This document shows positions 9,038 to 17,204 of a DNA stretch of 64,000 nt, in pieces; position 1 is the first letter of the stretch, and the number at the start of each line of letters is the position of its first letter. A model generated the notes under the pieces. That model was not told where the DNA came from. It saw only the letters and a program-made list of their open reading frames with translations, and searched no databases. The translations under genes were made by a program, and so were the position numbers. Source of the DNA: a virus (Duplodnaviria > Caudoviricetes); the IMG/VR virus record IMGVR_UViG_2974723664_000001, positions 1 through 64,000 of that record; one strand, 5' to 3'.

Positions 9038-9375
9038 TGGAAAAGAACCGGCGTAACGCCATCATCGAAAAGATCGAAGCCCGCTGTGACATCGTAGACA
9101 AGGGCTTTGTGATTGGGATGAAACCGAGTCCCTGTCACTTGTGGCAAGGGCCGACCTCGGGTAACGGTCGAGGTGGCGGTTACGGCCGGATGAGTCTGAA
9201 CGGCCACACTGTGGCCGTCCACCTCGTAGTCTTCACCCACTACTTCGGGTACATCCCTGGCAACAAACAAGTCGATCACCTGTGCAACCAACGACTCTGC
9301 TGCAATCCACAGCACTTGGAGTTGGTGACACACCTGACCAACCAGCGGCGTCGTGCTGCACGGAGTAAATCATGA
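9037..9375 (+). CDS. HNH endonuclease (N4 gp22-like)
   Basis: CHLWQG, VDHLCNQRLCCNPQHLELVT motifs. Confidence 0.9.
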   Translation: MEKNRRNAIIEKIEARCDIVDKGFVIGMKPSPCHLWQGPTSGNGRGGGYGRMSLNGHTVAVHLVVFTHYFGYIPGNKQVDHLCNQRLCCNPQHLELVTHLTNQRRRAARSKS

Positions 9376-9638
9376 AGCAACCCGATCAATGGGTTTTGGA
9401 CTACATCCATCAGGAACTGTGCCGCTTGATCCAAACGGCACAGCAAGCTGGTGTTGTGTGTCGTGTTGACTTGGTTCCCACCAAACCTTTGCGTATGGGC
9501 GGATACACCATGGTGGCTGATGTTCGCCCCGCTCGTCAGATGGAAGAACCCATTACCGAGTACGAGCGACTGGAGAACCAACACATGGGTAATCCTGAAC
9601 TCAAAAACGGCATCTACAGCGAGGAAAGCCATGACTGA
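9372..9638 (+). CDS. hypothetical protein
   Basis: GGAG RBS; ATGA overlap. Confidence 0.65.
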   Translation: MKQPDQWVLDYIHQELCRLIQTAQQAGVVCRVDLVPTKPLRMGGYTMVADVRPARQMEEPITEYERLENQHMGNPELKNGIYSEESHD

Positions 9639-10524
9639 GAACAACGCCGCCCAGCCCGTGCTGACGGATGACGAAGTCCGCGCCATCATAACCGACGCGC
9701 ACCAATCGCACGGGGCATTCAAGACCGGCTACGGCCTCTCGCTTGGCCGCGCCATCGAGCAAGCCGTGCTGTCCAAGCTGCGCGCGGAGGGCGTGCAGGC
9801 GGGCGATGAGCGGGCGGCCCTGGCCTGGTACGCGGAGCAGGTCGCTGGCTGCCGAAAGTTTGGCGCAGACGGCGATGCCGCGCGCCAAGCGCTGGACAAA
9901 GACGGTGGCAGGCGTGCCCGCGCCGCCCTGGCGAGCACCCCTGTAGCCGCAATCCCGCCCGAAAAGCCGCTGCCTGATCTGATGATGGCCACCTACCACG
10001 AGGCGGTAGGCTGGAACGCGTGCCGCGCCGCGATGCTGCGGTCTATGCCCCTGGCAAGCGCCCCGGTAGCTGATGACTGGACGCCCACCCCTGCCAACAT
10101 CAACGCTTTACCTGAACGGGTGCGTGCCTACATTCACGATCTGGTGGCGAACGCCGACCCGTCCGGGATGGTGGCGGAAAACACCCTGCTCCGGGACCAG
10201 ACCAAGCAACTTGATGCCATGATCGGGCGTCTGAAACGTGAGCTTGCAAGCGCCCCTGTAGCCGGGGAGGTGCAGGAGCGTATCGAGCAGATGGCCGTGA
10301 ATCGGTATCGGCCGGTCCCTGATGGCAAGTTCAGCTACAAGGTCGTCGCGGGCGATGGAAGTCGGTCGCTTTACACCGGAACGAAGGATTCTTGCTTGCG
10401 GGTTGCTGCAAAGCTGACGGAAGCATTTCTTGATGGCGCGTTTGTTGCGTCAGATGCCGCGCCCCAGGCCAGCGAGGCGGTGCGCCCCTGCACATGCCAA
10501 CCTGATTGGGGTGCAAAGAAATAG
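9631..10524 (+). CDS. high-GC modular hypothetical protein with AS[AT]PVA linkers
   Basis: GAGG RBS; visibly higher GC than flanks; three repeated linkers. Confidence 0.75.
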   Translation: MTENNAAQPVLTDDEVRAIITDAHQSHGAFKTGYGLSLGRAIEQAVLSKLRAEGVQAGDERAALAWYAEQVAGCRKFGADGDAARQALDKDGGRRARAALASTPVAAIPPEKPLPDLMMATYHEAVGWNACRAAMLRSMPLASAPVADDWTPTPANINALPERVRAYIHDLVANADPSGMVAENTLLRDQTKQLDAMIGRLKRELASAPVAGEVQERIEQMAVNRYRPVPDGKFSYKVVAGDGSRSLYTGTKDSCLRVAAKLTEAFLDGAFVASDAAPQASEAVRPCTCQPDWGAKK

Positions 10525-10526
10525 CC

Positions 10527-10832
10527 ATGGACTGCCCTATTCCTCTGATGGATGACCCACTCAGTGTGTATTGGGACCAGCCCTCACACAACCAACTCTT
10601 CTTCACTGAAGAGGCTGTCATTGTCCCACGTCATGCCTTCAATATGTTGAAGGAGTATTCCTCTTCTAACCCCAGTGGTGCCTATCACGGGAAGATGTGG
10701 AAGTGCTATTTCGATGGTCAATGGGAGTTGTGTTGGTTTGGTATTCATACTACCGATCCCAAGCTGGTAACCATCAACCGTATGTCCCTCATCGTTGACG
10801 ATGTTGGGGTCACCACACTCATGGATGGATAG
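10527..10832 (+). CDS. hypothetical protein
   Basis: WDQP and YSSSNPSGAYHGKMWK motifs seen in small phage proteins. Confidence 0.65.
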   Translation: MDCPIPLMDDPLSVYWDQPSHNQLFFTEEAVIVPRHAFNMLKEYSSSNPSGAYHGKMWKCYFDGQWELCWFGIHTTDPKLVTINRMSLIVDDVGVTTLMDG

Positions 10833-11096
10833 ATGCGTCCTTATGGAGAACCGGTCAAAGAGACCTTACCCAATGCCTGGGGGCGTGATCGTACCGTCAC
10901 CAAACAGGCATTCATCATCGAACCAAGTGATGTGGGAACTTTCCGTCACCACTACCTTGGCTACAACCACCGCAGCCATCGCTTCACTTCTGAAGAGGTT
11001 GGTTGCTCCATCGTCGTCTATACCGACGGCACTGGCTGGACCTCTTGGGTCTTTGCCCTGAACTGGGAGTCTGAAGAATGCAAGAAGCTGCATTGA
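10833..11096 (+). CDS. hypothetical protein
   Basis: abuts upstream stop. Confidence 0.6.
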   Translation: MRPYGEPVKETLPNAWGRDRTVTKQAFIIEPSDVGTFRHHYLGYNHRSHRFTSEEVGCSIVVYTDGTGWTSWVFALNWESEECKKLH

Positions 11097-11122
11097 ATAC
11101 TGGTCCGTGGCATCCACCCACG

Positions 11123-11533
11123 ATGAATCAAAAACCGGTCCATCGTGGCTTTTACGACAGTACCACCTGGGACCCGCACCGCAAGGATGGTTTCATGCCG
11201 TCCCCGATTCGTACCTATTGGGATGGTGCCCAATGGCTCTGGGAAAAAGGTGGTCTGCCCTGCAAGTTCCAGGTGCGTTCCTGGCGTGGTTCCACGAAGG
11301 TCAATGAAAAGGCCCAACTGGATGGACCGACCACGATCATCGCTTCCAAGGGCGGCAACATCGAACTGGTGGAAGTGGTGGAACGGTTCGCCGACTCGCT
11401 GCACTTCCGCCGCATCGGAAGCGGCACCACGAGCGTTCTTCGCAAGAAGGGCGTGCAATACCACAAGGAATTCAAGACGACGGAAGCTGCCATCGCTTGG
11501 ATCGAAAGCTGCCAGAAGGCGAAGAAGAAATGA
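11123..11533 (+). CDS. hypothetical protein
   Basis: ORF; start uncertain. Confidence 0.55.
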   Translation: MNQKPVHRGFYDSTTWDPHRKDGFMPSPIRTYWDGAQWLWEKGGLPCKFQVRSWRGSTKVNEKAQLDGPTTIIASKGGNIELVEVVERFADSLHFRRIGSGTTSVLRKKGVQYHKEFKTTEAAIAWIESCQKAKKK

Positions 11534-11718
11534 ACTCCGCTGCTCTCCAAATCGAACTGCAAGCTGCCCTGAACCAACTGGGCAAGCTCACTCGTTCCGG
11601 TGCCACCTCCGAAGCTGCTCTGAAGCAAGCCAAAGTCGTGGTGCAGATAGCTCAGTACCTGGCCAACGCCATCGGTGCTGAACTCGTTCACTACCAACAA
11701 GCTACCAAGCGAGGCTGA
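11530..11718 (+). CDS. hypothetical protein
   Basis: ATGA overlap. Confidence 0.6.
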   Translation: MNSAALQIELQAALNQLGKLTRSGATSEAALKQAKVVVQIAQYLANAIGAELVHYQQATKRG

Positions 11719-11719
11719 T

Positions 11720-11941
11720 ATGTCGCGTCAATTCGAGGACCCGTTGGATCAACGTGCCTACCGTGAACTGCGGAGGAAGGGCATGAAGTCCGACGAAGCA
11801 TTCAGGGCCGTCGAATTGATGACCGGCCATAAGCCCGTGAACATCTCTGCTGGTCCTGACACTGATATGTGGGGCTACTCCTACAAGGGCAAGGACCAGA
11901 AAGCAGAACTTCCCTATTACCACGGCAACCGCCGTTTCTGA
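11720..11941 (+). CDS. hypothetical protein
   Basis: GAGG RBS. Confidence 0.6.
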   Translation: MSRQFEDPLDQRAYRELRRKGMKSDEAFRAVELMTGHKPVNISAGPDTDMWGYSYKGKDQKAELPYYHGNRRF

Positions 11942-11958
11942 ACCAAGGAAAACAAGCA

Positions 11959-13041
11959 ATGTCTTTCGCTCTCGCCAACTCGCGTCAGGTGCGTTCCATG
12001 ATCGAGCGTGCGGTTCTGTCCAACCTCGTGCTGATGATCACTTCCAGCCCCGGCATGGGCAAGTCCGCTCTCGTCAAGAGCGTGGCCGAACAATACAACC
12101 TCAAGCTCATCGATCACCGCCTGTCCACGTCGGCACCGGAAGACCTGACGGGCTTGCCGTTCCGTCGTGCCGACGGACGTGCCGAATTCGCTCCCTTCGC
12201 TGACCTGTTCCCGCTGGAAGGCGACGAACTGCCGATCAAGCAGATCATCAAGAAGGAAGGCGAAGAAGACCAGATCATCCGTTACGACGGTTGGCTCCTG
12301 TTCCTGGACGAACTCAACTCGGCCAGCAAGAGCGTCATGGCCGCCGCCTACAAGCTGATCCTGGATCGCCAAGTCGGCCAGAAGAACCTGCATGAACGTG
12401 TCGCCATCGTGGGCGCTGGCAACCTGATGACCGACCGGGCCATCGTCAACAACATGGGGACTGCTCTGCAATCCCGCGTGGTTCACGCCACCATGGAAGT
12501 CAACCAGAAGGTCTGGCTGGAAGACGTGGCCCTGCCCCAGAAGTGGGACAGCCGTGTCGTCGCCTACCTCCAGACGTACCCGACCAAGCTGTCGGACTTC
12601 GATCCCGAACACAAGGATCGTACCTTCTGCTGCCCGCGTACCTGGGACATGGTGAACAAGTATCTCAAGACCCGTCCGGGTCCTCTGGATGCTGCGGATC
12701 GTCTGTTCATCAGCGGCACCATCTCGGCTGAAGAAGGCAACAGCTTCGTGCAGTTCACGAAGGTCTTCGACACCATGATCACGGTCGCCGATGTGGTCCG
12801 CAATCCCGATTCGGCCAAGGTTCCCGAGGACAATCCCACCCGCTGGGCTATCGTCATGGCCATGGTCGAAGGAACCAACGAGGCCAACTACGACGCCATC
12901 ATGACCTATATCGAGCGATTCGATATGGGCTACCGTGTCGTGTACACCCGGGCGCTGATGGCACAGCAACCGGCCCTGCGCAAGCATCCGCGTTTCGCGG
13001 AAGCCTGCATCAACATCACGCAGTATCTGACTGCTCCCTGA
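11959..13041 (+). CDS. MoxR-like AAA+ ATPase (N4 gp24-like)
   Basis: Walker A SSPGMGKS, Walker B LLFLDELN, PRTW. Confidence 0.9.
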   Translation: MSFALANSRQVRSMIERAVLSNLVLMITSSPGMGKSALVKSVAEQYNLKLIDHRLSTSAPEDLTGLPFRRADGRAEFAPFADLFPLEGDELPIKQIIKKEGEEDQIIRYDGWLLFLDELNSASKSVMAAAYKLILDRQVGQKNLHERVAIVGAGNLMTDRAIVNNMGTALQSRVVHATMEVNQKVWLEDVALPQKWDSRVVAYLQTYPTKLSDFDPEHKDRTFCCPRTWDMVNKYLKTRPGPLDAADRLFISGTISAEEGNSFVQFTKVFDTMITVADVVRNPDSAKVPEDNPTRWAIVMAMVEGTNEANYDAIMTYIERFDMGYRVVYTRALMAQQPALRKHPRFAEACINITQYLTAP

Positions 13042-13043
13042 TC

Positions 13044-13229
13044 ATGGCTGAACCTACCATCATCAACAAGCCGGGCTACAACGACCGTCCTTACATTGCC
13101 GGATTCGACGGCAAGCAGGTCGGTCTGTACGCCTGCTCCTTGGCGGAAGCCAAGCAACGTGCCATCGAGCACTTCAAGCCCAAGAAGTCCAAGAAGGGAC
13201 TGCTCTGGGTGGAACTCGCAGAGGAATGA
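13044..13229 (+). CDS. hypothetical protein
   Basis: short ORF in operon. Confidence 0.65.
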   Translation: MAEPTIINKPGYNDRPYIAGFDGKQVGLYACSLAEAKQRAIEHFKPKKSKKGLLWVELAEE

Positions 13230-13232
13230 ACC

Positions 13233-13595
13233 ATGGAAAACGGAATCTGGTATCGCTATGAGGACAGAGTGGAATCTGTCGGTGGATATGATCTTGACGG
13301 TGAATACCGTCAGACAGGCTCCAAGGTAGTCCTCCAGTGTTTCCAGTTCCGTGTCCTGCGCTACACCCCGAAAGGGGTGTGGTTGACTCATTGCTTCGGC
13401 AATGAACGATTCGTTCTGCGAGGAACACGAAAGCAATTCGCACACCCTACCAAGGCAGAAGCCTTGGACTCATTCATCCACAGAAAAGAGCGCCAAGCTG
13501 CGATACTCAGTAGCCGACTTCGCAATGCTGAAGTGGCCAAAGAGAAGGCGATTCATCAACTGAAAATAGAGGACCCCACATGGCAGTCGATCTGA
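13233..13595 (+). CDS. hypothetical protein
   Basis: GAGG RBS; TPKGVWL motif. Confidence 0.65.
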   Translation: MENGIWYRYEDRVESVGGYDLDGEYRQTGSKVVLQCFQFRVLRYTPKGVWLTHCFGNERFVLRGTRKQFAHPTKAEALDSFIHRKERQAAILSSRLRNAEVAKEKAIHQLKIEDPTWQSI

Positions 13596-14737
13596 CCCGA
13601 GAAATGGACCGGGTGAAAGCTCGTGCATTTCTGAATTCCAACTCGGCATTCCTGGGACCGATCGTGGTCAGTCTGCGGTTTCACTGGGATGAAAACGAAG
13701 CCACGGCAAGCACCAACGGGATTGACCTAAAATGGAACCCCGATTGGTTCATGTCTCTGACACCCCCGTCTCGTGCCATCGTGCTGCTGCACGAACTCTG
13801 GCACGTAGCCCGCATGCACATGCTGCGTATGGGTGCTCGTGATCCCCTCTGGTGGAACTACGCCTGCGATATCTGGATCAACAACATGCTGGAGAAGGAA
13901 GGCTCTGACTTCCGTGATCTCCAGAACTGTTGGAAGAATCGTCAGTACGATGGCATGACCGAAGAGGAAATCTACGATGCCATCTATAACCCCCAGTCTC
14001 CGCCGAGTCCGCCCCCTTCGGGGGCATTCGGCGATCCTGGGGGTGGCGGTGACATGAAGGAAGAAGAAGGCGGCATGACCGATTCCCAGAAGGAAGAAGT
14101 CATCAACACCGTCGTTCAGGCCATGCACCAAGCCAAGATGTCCAATCCTGGCAGCATGCCCGGTGATACGGAAACACTCATCACCCAATTCCTGAAGCCC
14201 GTCGTGCCTTGGCAACAAGTGCTCCAGCGTTTCTTCAACGACTTGCAGGAAGAGGACTACTCGTGGTCCCGTCCCAATCGTCGTTTCGATGATATCTACT
14301 TGCCCCATCGCTATCTGGATGATGGCAAGCTGGAACATCTGGCGTACTACCTGGACGTGTCCGGGTCGATCACGCAGAAAGACCTGCTCCGCTTCAACTC
14401 CGAAGTGAAGCACGTCTGGGATCATTACCAACCCCAGAAGATGAGCCTGATCCAGTTCGATACACGCATTAGCCATGAGGAAGAAATCCTCGAAGGCCAG
14501 CGTCTGGATGAAGTCACCATCAAGGGTGGTGGTGGTACGTGCCTGCGTCCTGTGCGTGAGCACATCATCAAGAATCGTCCCACGGCTGCGATCATCTTCT
14601 CGGATATGGAAGTGGCTCCAATGGAGAAGCTCCCCTTCGATATCCCTGTGATCTGGGTTGTCTTGGGGGGTCGTTCCTCTCATAAGCCCTCCTTCGGGGA
14701 GGTCATTCTGATTCCCAATGGAGGACAAACGTCGTGA
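13580..14737 (+). CDS. metallopeptidase-like/vWA protein (DUF2201, N4 gp25-like)
   Basis: HELWH (HExxH); MIDAS-like DVSGS; GGGGT. Confidence 0.88.
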   Translation: MAVDLTREMDRVKARAFLNSNSAFLGPIVVSLRFHWDENEATASTNGIDLKWNPDWFMSLTPPSRAIVLLHELWHVARMHMLRMGARDPLWWNYACDIWINNMLEKEGSDFRDLQNCWKNRQYDGMTEEEIYDAIYNPQSPPSPPPSGAFGDPGGGGDMKEEEGGMTDSQKEEVINTVVQAMHQAKMSNPGSMPGDTETLITQFLKPVVPWQQVLQRFFNDLQEEDYSWSRPNRRFDDIYLPHRYLDDGKLEHLAYYLDVSGSITQKDLLRFNSEVKHVWDHYQPQKMSLIQFDTRISHEEEILEGQRLDEVTIKGGGGTCLRPVREHIIKNRPTAAIIFSDMEVAPMEKLPFDIPVIWVVLGGRSSHKPSFGEVILIPNGGQTS

Positions 14738-15231
14738 TCATCAACGGACAACCCCTGCTTTCCTTGGCTCCGATCAAGGACATGCAGGGAGACAAAATTG
14801 CCAGGGGTGGCACCACCTTTGGCCTGGGTGAAGCGGGCTATGACATCCGCATCAAACAGGGCGTCGTCTTTCACAAGCTGGGCGGCGGCCACATCCAGAA
14901 CCCGGACGGAACCCGTGAGCACTTCACGGGACGTTTCGTCCTGGCTTCGGCTATCGAAGAATTCGACATGCCGACCAATCTGGTCGGTGTGGTGCATGAC
15001 AAGTCCTCCTGGGCGCGTCGTGGCCTGTCGGTCTTCAACACGGTCATCGAGCCAGGCTGGAAAGGTTTCCTGACGCTGGAACTCGTCTACCATGGCGAGG
15101 GAGGTCTGTACATTCCTCCTGGTTCCGGCATTGCTCAGGTGCTGTTCTCCGATCTGCATGAACGGTCCAGCTACACGGGCCGATACCAGAACCAAGAGGA
15201 CAAGCCCACACCTGCCAAGGATGCGGCCTGA
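14734..15231 (+). CDS. dcd: dCTP deaminase / dUTPase family
   Basis: GYDIR, KSSWARRG and VIEPGWKGFLTLEL motifs. Confidence 0.85.
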   Translation: MIINGQPLLSLAPIKDMQGDKIARGGTTFGLGEAGYDIRIKQGVVFHKLGGGHIQNPDGTREHFTGRFVLASAIEEFDMPTNLVGVVHDKSSWARRGLSVFNTVIEPGWKGFLTLELVYHGEGGLYIPPGSGIAQVLFSDLHERSSYTGRYQNQEDKPTPAKDAA

Positions 15232-15466
15232 ACTGTTGTGTGAGGTCTGTTGGGAAACCAACGTCTGGTTCCTCTTCGATCCCCGATACGAATACGTCTG
15301 CAAACCTTGTGTGGAGGTGGGCGACGATGTTGGGTTCGATGAGGAATCCGGCCACTATCGACGGCTAGAGCGTTGTCCTGGTTGTGGAGCAACTGGTTTG
15401 GTGAACTTCGGCAGGGATGGCCGTCAGGTCTACTACTGCGGCGGTTCACCGTCATGTTGCTCTTGA
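15221..15466 (+). CDS. Cys-rich Zn-finger protein
   Basis: CEVC, CKPC, CPGC. Confidence 0.55.
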   Translation: MRPELLCEVCWETNVWFLFDPRYEYVCKPCVEVGDDVGFDEESGHYRRLERCPGCGATGLVNFGRDGRQVYYCGGSPSCCS

Positions 15467-15528
15467 ACGAAAGTTAGGCTATTGTGAAGTCTTTCTTGGG
15501 GTTGAGACACCCCTGAAGGAGAAATGGC

Positions 15529-15690
15529 ATGTTCTTCGGTTTGTTCAAGCTGTTCCGCTTTGCCTTCCTACGGCTGGTTGCCCCGGTCACGGAAGCTCTG
15601 CGTACCGAAATGCATATGGTTCGACATGCCGCCTTCCATATTCATCGCCTCATGCTGGTCAGACGACCGGAACAAGATGATTATGGTTAG
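15529..15690 (+). CDS. 53-aa Phe-rich peptide (not in ORF track)
   Basis: AAGGAG 7 nt before ATG 15529; MFFGLFKLFRFAFLRLV...DDYG; followed by a hairpin. Confidence 0.5.
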   Translation: MFFGLFKLFRFAFLRLVAPVTEALRTEMHMVRHAAFHIHRLMLVRRPEQDDYG

Positions 15691-15726
15691 GTACGTTCAA
15701 ACGTGAGAAACCATACATAGACGCCG

Positions 15727-15760
15727 GAAGCCCAGGGCAAATCCCTGGGCTTCGTGCTTT
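15727..15760 (+). terminator. strong hairpin, possible terminator or processing site
   Basis: GAAGCCCAGGG-CAAAT-CCCTGGGCTTC, weak U tail. Confidence 0.55.
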
Positions 15761-16365
15761 CAGACTCTTGAGTCTGCGCTTTAGTGATACGTAATTCTTG
15801 TCAAGGACTGCACCGTAAGGAGCACTGCCGCGACATCGAGTAGGGTCGGTCACGCTAGTAGAGTGCAGATCAAAGGGCGGCAGACAGGGTAGCTCCCTAT
15901 GCCAATCTGGATGGGTTCGATTCCCAGAAGTTCCGTGGTCGGAAACATAAATCAGCCCCCTTGTTGTTAGGGCCAGTACGCGAAAGCCTCTGCTGGGAAA
16001 CACTTCAGTAACCTGAAGGAGAACTTTGAGTAAATCAGCCGGCAGAAATAATGCCGACTGTTGGGTGTTCAAGTCACCCCGCTACGGGAAACCATAGCGT
16101 AGGCAAATCTGGAAAAGCACTCAAAAGCATCTGTGTAGGGCGTAGGACCGTTAGTGTTGACTGTACGGTGCGGAAGCAGAAAAAATCAACCCGAGGCCGC
16201 AAGGCCCGGTCTGCGCATTGAAAGGATGCACGTATTGGAACCCTGGCTCTATGGGGGGCTTCTACGTTCTCGCTGACAGTGTGCAGACCGAGCCTTGCTC
16301 CGGAGTTACGAATCTCTGTTGAAAATCGTAGAGGGGCGCTTGGCTTAATCCTTGCCCCCTCGCAA
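15761..16365 (+). ncRNA. putative large structured ncRNA(s)
   Basis: no credible ORF; dense hairpins with GNRA loops; T-arm motifs at 15912-15926 and 16063-16079; long-range stems 16025-16031/16119-16125 and 16207-16220/16277-16290. Confidence 0.6.
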
Positions 16366-16371
16366 ATTATC

Positions 16372-16457
16372 CCCAAGGTAGCTCAGTTGGTTTAGAGCAC
16401 ATCAAGCACCGAAAGGTGATGGTGCGGTCAGTGGTTCGAGTCCACTCCGAGGGGCCA
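16372..16457 (+). tRNA. tRNA-like element lacking a canonical anticodon loop
   Basis: D arm GCTC-AGTTGGTTTA-GAGC, T arm AGTGG-TTCGAGT-CCACT, encoded CCA; anticodon arm capped by CACC-GAAA-GGTG; two acceptor mismatches. Confidence 0.7.
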
Positions 16458-16520
16458 ACACAGTTTTGATCCAGAAGCGACGGCTTCTGGTTCGGACAGG
16501 GCTGTACGCGACAGCTCCTG

Positions 16521-16618
16521 GGGCGTAGTGATGGAAGGGTAGACATAGAGTCTGTTCAAAGACTCAGAGCGTAGCCGCGAGGTGCTCGTGCGGGTTCAAC
16601 CCCCGCCTACAATGCCCG
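16521..16618 (+). tRNA. atypical class II tRNA-like element (Leu/Sec-like, 8-nt loop)
   Basis: D arm ATG-GAAGGGTAGA-CAT; GAGTC-TGTTCAAA-GACTC; long variable arm; T arm GCGGG-TTCAACC-CCCGC; bulged acceptor stem; no CCA. Confidence 0.65.
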
Positions 16619-16628
16619 AATCAATCAA

Positions 16629-16732
16629 TGTGGTCACATACAGTGTATCGGTCTGATCAGCCGTGTGTTCTGTAGCCGGGGAGACCGGTGGCTTTACAAG
16701 CAACGGAGGTGAAAACCCTTCAGGCCACACCA
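16629..16732 (+). ncRNA. CCA-ended structured RNA
   Basis: TGTGGTC pairs with GGCCACA, then CCA; internal hairpins include GGAGG-TGAAAAC-CCTTC. Confidence 0.45.
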
Positions 16733-16825
16733 AACAGAATTCGCTCGAAGCTTCGGCTTGAGAGGTAGACCACTGAGAAATCCAGGTGGGCAGTCCGGTG
16801 GAAACCCGGCAAGTTCAACAACAAG

Positions 16826-16855
16826 AAGCCAGAGCAGCCTTTGCTCTGGCTTTTT
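16826..16855 (+). terminator. rho-independent terminator closing the RNA locus
   Basis: GCCAGAGCA-loop-TGCTCTGGC-T5. Confidence 0.85.
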
Positions 16856-16870
16856 CTATTTCACATCATC

Positions 16871-17194
16871 ATGTACCAAGAACTGAACCAAGAAGCCCTC
16901 GATACCATCCTGCAAGAACATGCGGAGGTGGTCATTCGCTTTACCGCTGAATGGTGTGGTCCGTGTAAGCAATTCGCACCGGCCTTCCATGAAGTGGCAG
17001 AAGCCCACATCAACAAGCCCACGATCTTCGGCATCATCGACGCCGACAAGGAGCGTGATCTCGCAGTGAAGTATGGTGTCCGTGGCTTGCCCTCGGTGCT
17101 GTTCTTCGTCCATGGTCAAGTAGTTGGCCGTGTGTCCGGTGCCATGACTGCCGAGAAGTTCGCTGAAGTCGTGAACAAGCAATTCAACCGTTAA
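16871..17194 (+). CDS. trxA: thioredoxin
   Basis: FTAEWCGPCK active site; GVRGLPS. Confidence 0.92.
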   Translation: MYQELNQEALDTILQEHAEVVIRFTAEWCGPCKQFAPAFHEVAEAHINKPTIFGIIDADKERDLAVKYGVRGLPSVLFFVHGQVVGRVSGAMTAEKFAEVVNKQFNR

Positions 17195-17204
17195 GGAGCC
17201 ATCC

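Noticed and set aside
9037-9375. HNH gene as a mobile homing element
   Set aside because: Occupies the conserved gp22-like position; no intron context
15945-15960. Reverse complement resembles the tmRNA 5' end (GGGGCTGATT)
   Set aside because: No matching tmRNA 3' end or tag ORF on that strand; probably chance
15659-16376. - strand ORFs of 137 and 100 aa in the RNA locus
   Set aside because: No recognisable motifs, against the local transcription direction; RNA structure explains the region better
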